Below, in pieces: positions 57,911 to 64,000 of a stretch of DNA of 64,000 nt; the first letter of the stretch is position 1, and every line of letters starts with the position of its first letter. The position numbers and the translations under genes are program-made. Source of the stretch: an uncultured Methanomassiliicoccales archaeon (GTDB taxonomy: Archaea > Thermoplasmatota > Thermoplasmata > Methanomassiliicoccales > UBA472); assembly GCA_963695345.1 (NCBI GenBank), contig OY968769.1, forward strand, positions 1,184,001-1,248,000, in the 5' to 3' direction. The notes beneath the pieces are model-generated. The model made no database searches, was not told where the DNA came from, and saw only the letters and a list, made by a program, of their open reading frames with translations.

Positions 57911-59641
57911 ATGGCAAAGGAAGGCGAAATCTATAGAGTTGCGGGACCTGTCGTGACGGCAACCGGCATCACCCCGAGGATGTATGACGTTATGCAGGTC
58001 GGCAAGGAAGGCCTGATGGGTGAGGTCATCAAGATCGTAGGTGACAAGACCATCATTCAGGTATACGAGGACACCGCCGGCATAGCACCGGGAGAGAAGG
58101 TCATCGATACCGGACAGCCCCTCGTCGCAGAGTTGGGCCCGGGATTGCTGGGGAGTGTCTACGATGGTATCCAGAGGCCGTTACCGGTCCTAATGGAAAA
58201 GATGGGCGACTTCATCCAGAGGGGCGTCTCAGCCCCAGGACTGGACCACTCTGCAAAGTGGCCATTCACTCCCATCGTCAAGAAGGGAGACAAGGTCGTA
58301 TCAGGACAGATCATCGGTACAGTCCCGGAAAGGTCCATCATCCATAAGGTCATGGTCCCACCAGGCGTCTCTGGTGTTGTCGAGGAGATCAGGGCCGGCG
58401 AGTTCACAGTGGACGACCCGGTAGCCTTGATTGGCGGCAAGAAGGTCACAATGCTTCAGAAATGGCCGGTCCGTATTGGCAGGCCGTTCAGCGTCAAGAC
58501 CGCCCCTGACACCCCGCTGGTTACAGGGCAGAGGATCATGGACACGCTGTTCCCGCTCACCAAAGGCGGTACTGGCGCCATCCCCGGTGCATTCGGTACT
58601 GGAAAGACCGTTACCCAGCAGCAGTTGGCAAAATGGTCCGACGCAGAGATAGTGGTCTACATCGGTTGCGGCGAGCGCGGAAACGAGATGACCGAAGTGC
58701 TTACCACCTTCCCATTCCTGGACGACCCCAAGACCGGAAAGCCCCTGATGGGCAGGACGGTCCTTATCGCAAACACGTCCAACATGCCTGTGGCAGCTCG
58801 TGAGGCATCGGTTTACACCGGAATGACCATCGCCGAGTACTACAGGGACATGGGCTACAACGTATCACTCATGGCAGACTCGACCTCCAGGTGGGCCGAG
58901 GCAATGAGGGAAATCTCCTCCCGGTTGGAAGAGATGCCAGGTGAGGAGGGATATCCCGCTTACCTGTCCGCCAGGCTGTCCGAGTTCTACGAGCGTGCAG
59001 GACGCATCAACACCGTAGCGGGCGACACCGGGTCCATATCCGTCGTCGGCGCCGTCTCCCCACCAGGCGGAGACCTGAACGAGCCGGTCACACAGAACAC
59101 ACTGCGTATCGTCCGTGTCTTCTGGGCGTTGGACTCCAAGCTCCGTGAGAGGAGGCACTTCCCGGCCATCAACTGGCTTACCTCGTACTCGCTGTACGCA
59201 GGCCAGCTGGACGGATGGTACAAATCGAACGTCGCCGAGGACTTCCCCGAACTGAGGAACTGGGCCACTGAACTCCTGCAGAAGGAAGCCGAACTCCAGG
59301 AGATCGTGCAGTTGGTCGGTTCCGACGCACTGCCCGAGGAGCAGAAGCTCGTCCTCGAAGTGGCAAGGACGATCCGTGAGGTCTTCCTGCAGCAAAACGC
59401 ATACCATCCGGTCGACACGTACTCCCCGCTGAAGAGGCAGTACGCCTACCTGAAGACCATCAAGATGTTCTCCGACCGGGCCGAGAAGGCGGTCGAGAAC
59501 GAGATATCCGTCGAGACAATCGCGAACATGCCCATCAGGTCCAAGCTCCAGAGGGCAAAGCTGGAACCCACGGTGGACCAGGACCTCGAGGCGATCATGG
59601 CCGGAATGGACAAGGATTTCGAAGCACTGGGGGCGAAGTAA
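57911..59641 (+). CDS. atpA: A1Ao ATP synthase subunit A (no intein)
   Basis: [49 protein letters not shown]. Confidence 0.97.
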   Translation: MAKEGEIYRVAGPVVTATGITPRMYDVMQVGKEGLMGEVIKIVGDKTIIQVYEDTAGIAPGEKVIDTGQPLVAELGPGLLGSVYDGIQRPLPVLMEKMGDFIQRGVSAPGLDHSAKWPFTPIVKKGDKVVSGQIIGTVPERSIIHKVMVPPGVSGVVEEIRAGEFTVDDPVALIGGKKVTMLQKWPVRIGRPFSVKTAPDTPLVTGQRIMDTLFPLTKGGTGAIPGAFGTGKTVTQQQLAKWSDAEIVVYIGCGERGNEMTEVLTTFPFLDDPKTGKPLMGRTVLIANTSNMPVAAREASVYTGMTIAEYYRDMGYNVSLMADSTSRWAEAMREISSRLEEMPGEEGYPAYLSARLSEFYERAGRINTVAGDTGSISVVGAVSPPGGDLNEPVTQNTLRIVRVFWALDSKLRERRHFPAINWLTSYSLYAGQLDGWYKSNVAEDFPELRNWATELLQKEAELQEIVQLVGSDALPEEQKLVLEVARTIREVFLQQNAYHPVDTYSPLKRQYAYLKTIKMFSDRAEKAVENEISVETIANMPIRSKLQRAKLEPTVDQDLEAIMAGMDKDFEALGAK

Positions 59642-61024
59642 ATGACATCCAAAGAGTATCACACGGTCTCTCAGATAGCCGGTCCGCTGGTGTTCGTCCA
59701 GAAGACCGAGCCGATCGGATTCAACGAGATCGCCGTCGTCACGATGGCGGACGGCACCGAGAAGAAGGGACAGGTGCTGGACACCTCCAAAGACTACGTC
59801 GTCATCCAGGTTTTCGAGGGAACATCCGGTATCGACAAGAACTGCGGCGCAAAATTCACGGGAGAGACCATGAAGATGCCCGTTTCCCGCGACATGCTGG
59901 GCAGGATCCTGTCCGGTTCCGGAGAGCCTCTGGACGGCGGCCCGGCCATCGTGCCGGAGAAGCGCTTGGACATCAACGGAGCGGCCATCAACCCGTGGGC
60001 CCGTGACTCCCCGTCCGAGTTCATTCAGACCGGCATCTCCACCATCGACGGCATGAACACCCTGGTCAGGGGTCAGAAGCTCCCGATCTTCTCTGCGTCC
60101 GGATTGCCGCACAACGAGATAGCATTGCAGATCGCCAGGCAGGCAAAGGTTCTCGGGTCCAACGAAGAGTTCGCAGTGGTCTTCGCCGCCATGGGTATCA
60201 CCAATGAAGAGGCCAACTACTTCATGAAGGACTTCGAAAGGACCGGCGCGCTGAAGAAGGCCGTCGTCTTCATGAACCTCGCCGACGACCCGGCCATCGA
60301 GCGTATCATCACGCCGAGGCTGGCGCTCACCACCGCGGAGTATCTCGCCTACGAGCTGGGATACCACGTGCTGGTTATCCTCACGGATATCACCAACTAC
60401 TGTGAAGCGCTGAGACAGATCGGCGCGGCCAGAGAAGAGGTGCCCGGCCGTCGCGGATACCCAGGGTACATGTATACCGACCTGGCAACGCTGTACGAGC
60501 GTGCTGGACGTATCAAGGGAAAGAAGGGTTCCATCACCCAGATCCCGATCCTGTCCATGCCCGGTGAGGATATCACCCACCCGATCCCGGACCTTACCGG
60601 ATACATCACGGAAGGTCAGATCGTGGCCAAGAGAGAACTGGTCCGTGCTGGTATCTATCCCCCGGTCGATGTCTCGACATCCCTGTCAAGGCTGATGAAC
60701 GAGGGTATCGGCAAGGGCAAGACCCGTGAGGATCACAAGGCAGTGTCCGACCAGTGCTACGCCGCCTACGCGGAAGGCAAGGACCTGAGAGGTCTCGTGG
60801 CCATCGTCGGAAAGGACGCACTCTCCGAGCGTGACAAGAAGTTCCTGGAGTTCGCCGACCTGTTCGAGAAGCGCTTCGTCAGGCAGGGCAGGGACGAGGA
60901 CCGGGACATCGAGACCACACTGAACCTCAGCTGGGAACTGCTGGCACACCTCGACGAGAGGCAGCTGACCAGGATCGACAAGAAGTACATCGACAAGTAC
61001 CACCCGGCGCACAAGCAGAGCTGA
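59642..61024 (+). CDS. atpB: A1Ao ATP synthase subunit B
   Basis: [44 protein letters not shown]. Confidence 0.97.
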   Translation: MTSKEYHTVSQIAGPLVFVQKTEPIGFNEIAVVTMADGTEKKGQVLDTSKDYVVIQVFEGTSGIDKNCGAKFTGETMKMPVSRDMLGRILSGSGEPLDGGPAIVPEKRLDINGAAINPWARDSPSEFIQTGISTIDGMNTLVRGQKLPIFSASGLPHNEIALQIARQAKVLGSNEEFAVVFAAMGITNEEANYFMKDFERTGALKKAVVFMNLADDPAIERIITPRLALTTAEYLAYELGYHVLVILTDITNYCEALRQIGAAREEVPGRRGYPGYMYTDLATLYERAGRIKGKKGSITQIPILSMPGEDITHPIPDLTGYITEGQIVAKRELVRAGIYPPVDVSTSLSRLMNEGIGKGKTREDHKAVSDQCYAAYAEGKDLRGLVAIVGKDALSERDKKFLEFADLFEKRFVRQGRDEDRDIETTLNLSWELLAHLDERQLTRIDKKYIDKYHPAHKQS

Positions 61025-61030
61025 TGAAAA

Positions 61031-61666
61031 ATGCCAGCGCGTGAAGTGAAGCCCACCCGGTCAGAGCTCCTCGAGATCAAGAAGAAGATCAAGTTCTCCA
61101 AGACCGGCCATAAGATCCTGAAAATGAAGCGGGACGGCCTGATCTTGGAGTTCTTCAAGATCCTGGAGCAAGCCAAGAAGATCCGGGAGAAGATCGACAA
61201 GGACTACCACAATGCAATGGAGAAGATCGCCATAGCCAAGGCGGTCGACGGCGCAATCGCGGTCCAGTCCTCCGCCTTCGCCCTAAAGCTTCACCCGGAG
61301 ATAACGCTGCGCAGCAAGAACGTCATGGGACTGGTCGTCCCGGAGATCGAGGCCAACAGCATCCGTACCCCCATGGATAAGCGCGGGTACGGTGTCATCG
61401 GCACATCGGTCTACATCGACGAAGCCGCCAAGGCGTTCGAGAACTTGGTCGAGACGCTCATCGAGGCAGCCGAGATCGAAACGACGATGAAGAAGCTGCT
61501 GGAAGAGATAGAGAAGACCAAGCGCCGCGTGAATGCGCTAGAGTTCAAGGTGATCCCGGAATACCAGGCCGCCGAGACCTTCATCAAGATGAGGCTCGAG
61601 GAAATGGAAAGGGAGAACATCTTCAGGCTCAAGCGCATCAAGCAGAAGGCGCAGGTAGCGAAATGA
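61031..61666 (+). CDS. atpD: A1Ao ATP synthase subunit D
   Basis: PTR.EL, G..ILK.KRD.L, EIEKTKRRVNALE..VIP, LEE.ERE..FRLK. Confidence 0.96.
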   Translation: MPAREVKPTRSELLEIKKKIKFSKTGHKILKMKRDGLILEFFKILEQAKKIREKIDKDYHNAMEKIAIAKAVDGAIAVQSSAFALKLHPEITLRSKNVMGLVVPEIEANSIRTPMDKRGYGVIGTSVYIDEAAKAFENLVETLIEAAEIETTMKKLLEEIEKTKRRVNALEFKVIPEYQAAETFIKMRLEEMERENIFRLKRIKQKAQVAK

Positions 61667-61791
61667 TGTTCCAGCGGATCGAGAGATATTTCTCGATGAC
61701 GACCCCGGAAGGCCGGGAGCGTCTTTTCCGCCTGGCACAATACGTTTCCTACGGGATGCTGCTACTGGGCTGCATCCTGATCCTGATATGA
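61663..61791 (+). CDS. 42-aa single-TM micro-protein coupled to atpD
   Basis: ATGA overlap with the atpD stop; MMFQRIERYFSMTTPEGRERLFRLAQYVSYGMLLLGCILILI. Confidence 0.6.
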   Translation: MMFQRIERYFSMTTPEGRERLFRLAQYVSYGMLLLGCILILI

Positions 61792-61846
61792 GATCATTAA
61801 CGGCCGTCTCAACTAGGACAGAAAATAAACCATTTTCCCCTTATTC

Positions 61847-63349
61847 TTAGAACATAAAGCTCTGCATGTCCGTTTCTCCGGTACCCAGGTGCACCAGGTA
61901 GAGCTTTGCCGGGTCTGGAGTGAAGTTATGCATCTTCTGGAAAGAGGTCTGTGACTGCCAGGTGGAGGCGTTGATCAAACGGACGCCCTTGTAGTGGGAC
62001 AGCCCCGCACCGTGCACATGTCCGGTGACGAAGATGTCCGGCACGGTATCGATGACCATCATGTCCCTCGGTTCCGGCGCCAACGGGGTCTTCCCGCCAT
62101 ACATTGGCGCCAAATGCCTTCGTTTCAGCATCTCCTTCATCGCCTCGATGGGTTTGGAATAGTTGAGTCCCTTCACCGAGGACATCAGGTCATCGAAGCT
62201 CTTGCCATGGTAAGAAAGGATGGTCCTGCCCTCTACCTTCAGGTAGCAGGGGTTGCCTATCAGAATGGCGTTGGAGTCGAACATCTTGGCGAATTCGCCT
62301 TCGAACGCCGGTTGCGGCTCGGCCGGCCTGACAGCATCATGATTTCCTGGCTGCACGATCACCTTGATCGAGTCGGGGATCTCCTTCAGATACTCAGCCA
62401 GGACCCGGTACTGCCCGAAGATGTCGTCAACGTCCAGCTCCTTTTCCTGATCGGGATAGATACCGATGCCGTCGACGACGTCCCCCGGGATCAGAAGATA
62501 ATTCATTCCCAGGTCCACTGCGTCGGTCTTCAGCCAGTCCATCATTCTTCCCCATTCGGGGCCGAGGAACGTCTTGCTTCCCACGTGCACGTCCGACATG
62601 AACCCGATTATGGACGTGGAATCGGACCGGGGCATGCCGCTGCTGATGGGAACATCGGGCCTTACCAGTTCGGTAGCGGTCATCTTCACACCGGAACCGC
62701 TCTTTTCGTAGGATCCCCCTCCCCGGCGGGCAGGTTTCCCGATGATGCCGATGACCTCATCGTTCAGGATAGAGTCGTTGCCCCCCTTGGCGTCCTTGCC
62801 CAGCATCACCGTTATCCGTCCGGTCTCATCCTCGATCTCGATGATGTGATCGCCGGTCTTGGTCTCCTTTACCTCATTGACGATCCCTATGACCTTGATC
62901 TCCTTCTCCACCATCATGCGGTTCGGGTCAGAGACCCTGCTGATGGTAGTGGAACCGCTCATGTCCCGGCGTTTCTGGAGCATCCCCCGTACGGAGTTGA
63001 AGCGGTCCATGAAATAGTGCGAGAAGCCATCGATGCTGCCTACGCAATGGGAGGCCCCGGTGATGTCCTTTAGCACGATGACGTCGCCGTCGCAATATTC
63101 CCTCGGCCCGATGGCTTCGAGATGAGAGTTGACCTGTGTGAGCGCATCGATCGAGCCGACCTGACATACCGTCCGCAGGTCGCGCATCGTGACCACCAGG
63201 GGCCGGGTCATCAGGCGTGATATGGCCTCCCGGGCATAATTCAAAGGGTCGTTGTTGGCCAGGATGAACTCCTCCGCGTCCGCATCGAGGAGGTATCCTT
63301 CCTTGGCCAGCTCGTCAACGACGTACTCCCGGTTCACGTCAAATGTCAT
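61847..63349 (-). CDS. DNA polymerase D small subunit DP1
   Basis: OB fold then SDVHVGS, GDVVDGIGIYP.Q, PGNHD, YHG.S.DD, RHLAP.YG, GHVH, WQ.QT.FQ. Confidence 0.95.
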   Translation of the reverse strand: MTFDVNREYVVDELAKEGYLLDADAEEFILANNDPLNYAREAISRLMTRPLVVTMRDLRTVCQVGSIDALTQVNSHLEAIGPREYCDGDVIVLKDITGASHCVGSIDGFSHYFMDRFNSVRGMLQKRRDMSGSTTISRVSDPNRMMVEKEIKVIGIVNEVKETKTGDHIIEIEDETGRITVMLGKDAKGGNDSILNDEVIGIIGKPARRGGGSYEKSGSGVKMTATELVRPDVPISSGMPRSDSTSIIGFMSDVHVGSKTFLGPEWGRMMDWLKTDAVDLGMNYLLIPGDVVDGIGIYPDQEKELDVDDIFGQYRVLAEYLKEIPDSIKVIVQPGNHDAVRPAEPQPAFEGEFAKMFDSNAILIGNPCYLKVEGRTILSYHGKSFDDLMSSVKGLNYSKPIEAMKEMLKRRHLAPMYGGKTPLAPEPRDMMVIDTVPDIFVTGHVHGAGLSHYKGVRLINASTWQSQTSFQKMHNFTPDPAKLYLVHLGTGETDMQSFMF

Positions 63350-63390
63350 GCGAGGCCTGCCTTTAATACTTTCATTTCGATGTTCCGCTT

Positions 63391-63777
63391 ATGCCCCTAG
63401 TTACCATCAGGACGCTTTTACGGCCCACGGAGGACCCGGAGAAGGTCAGGACGGCAATTCTGAACCTATTCCCAGACTGCGAGATCGCCACCGGTCAGGG
63501 AGAGATCGTGGCCAAGGCCGCCTCCTTGGAACGTTTCAAGACAATGATCCGGAACCAGAAGATCCTCGATTCCATTCGGAAAACGCTTCTTTCGGGGGTC
63601 TCTCCCGGTTCCACCTCCCTTTCGCTGAACAAGCAGGCGGCCTTCGTCAAACGCGTCTCGTTATCGGAGGGGAGGGCCGCCCTGGGGAATATGGAAGTAA
63701 CCATCGAGTCCGAGGACATCGAACGTTTGATCGATGAGGTGGCGCCCAGGACGGTGGACGGGGTCGAGGTCCCATGA
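63391..63777 (+). CDS. DUF54 family predicted RNA-binding protein
   Basis: PTED.EKV..AI.NLFP, Q.ILDS.R, LNKQAA. Confidence 0.85.
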   Translation: MPLVTIRTLLRPTEDPEKVRTAILNLFPDCEIATGQGEIVAKAASLERFKTMIRNQKILDSIRKTLLSGVSPGSTSLSLNKQAAFVKRVSLSEGRAALGNMEVTIESEDIERLIDEVAPRTVDGVEVP

Positions 63778-64000
63778 TCTCTGTATCCTCACCCGCATTC
63801 TCTTTGATGCCGTTCGACCAGGCGATCGAGACGGTGGCAAAGAACTTCCGCGCCTGGGAGATAGTCGCCGAAGGTCTGCATCGACTGGAGAACATTGAAA
63901 AAAGGTTCATCGAAGTAGCCGGGTCGTTCGACCTGGAGTACTCCGTCCACGCGCCTCTGAGCGATATCAACATCGGCTCGCTCAACCCCGCGATGAGGGA
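63774..64000 (+). CDS. Sugar phosphate isomerase/epimerase TIM-barrel protein (partial)
   Basis: Manual translation MISVSSPAFS...WEIVAEG.H...YSVHAPLSDINIGSLNP; runs off the window. Confidence 0.8.
   Translation, partial: MISVSSPAFSLMPFDQAIETVAKNFRAWEIVAEGLHRLENIEKRFIEVAGSFDLEYSVHAPLSDINIGSLNPAMR

Noticed and set aside
57911-59641. Intein in ATP synthase subunit A, a common site in Thermoplasmata
   Set aside because: The 576-aa ORF is continuous through GAFGTGKTV

Overview
Archaeal chromosomal housekeeping region of roughly 60% GC. Gene content (gyrase, PolD DP1, TiaS, NMD3, single-hairpin A1Ao c subunit, class III pilins, DUF835/KaiC-like proteins) is most consistent with Thermoplasmatota, probably Methanomassiliicoccales; this is inferred, not searched. 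It contains gyrA/gyrB, thiC, tRNA-Thr(CGT), a repair cluster (EndoIV, Ogg, ~1800-aa Lhr), fumarase, an ABC exporter, NMD3, MCM, Tsr3, two tandem pilins with KaiC-like ATPases, priS, rpl18a-pfdA-ftsY, tiaS, hflX, cdc6/orc1 with ORB boxes (probable oriC), the A1Ao ATP synthase operon and DP1. Many essential genes carry single-base indels, most likely long-read consensus errors. Best non-obvious signals: (1) a probable replication origin whose outlying ORB box is encoded in the last codons of an AT-rich hflX; (2) a LAGLIDADG intein in GyrA inside the quinolone-resistance region, plus three mini-inteins (GyrB, MCM x2); (3) a box C/D guide RNA with predicted targets 16S C1402 and 23S G2581; (4) a ~133-nt structured RNA candidate upstream of dCMP deaminase; (5) a 42-aa membrane micro-protein coupled to atpD and absent from the ORF track; (6) a pilin/KaiC-like module. 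No CRISPR array, rRNA or transposase was seen.
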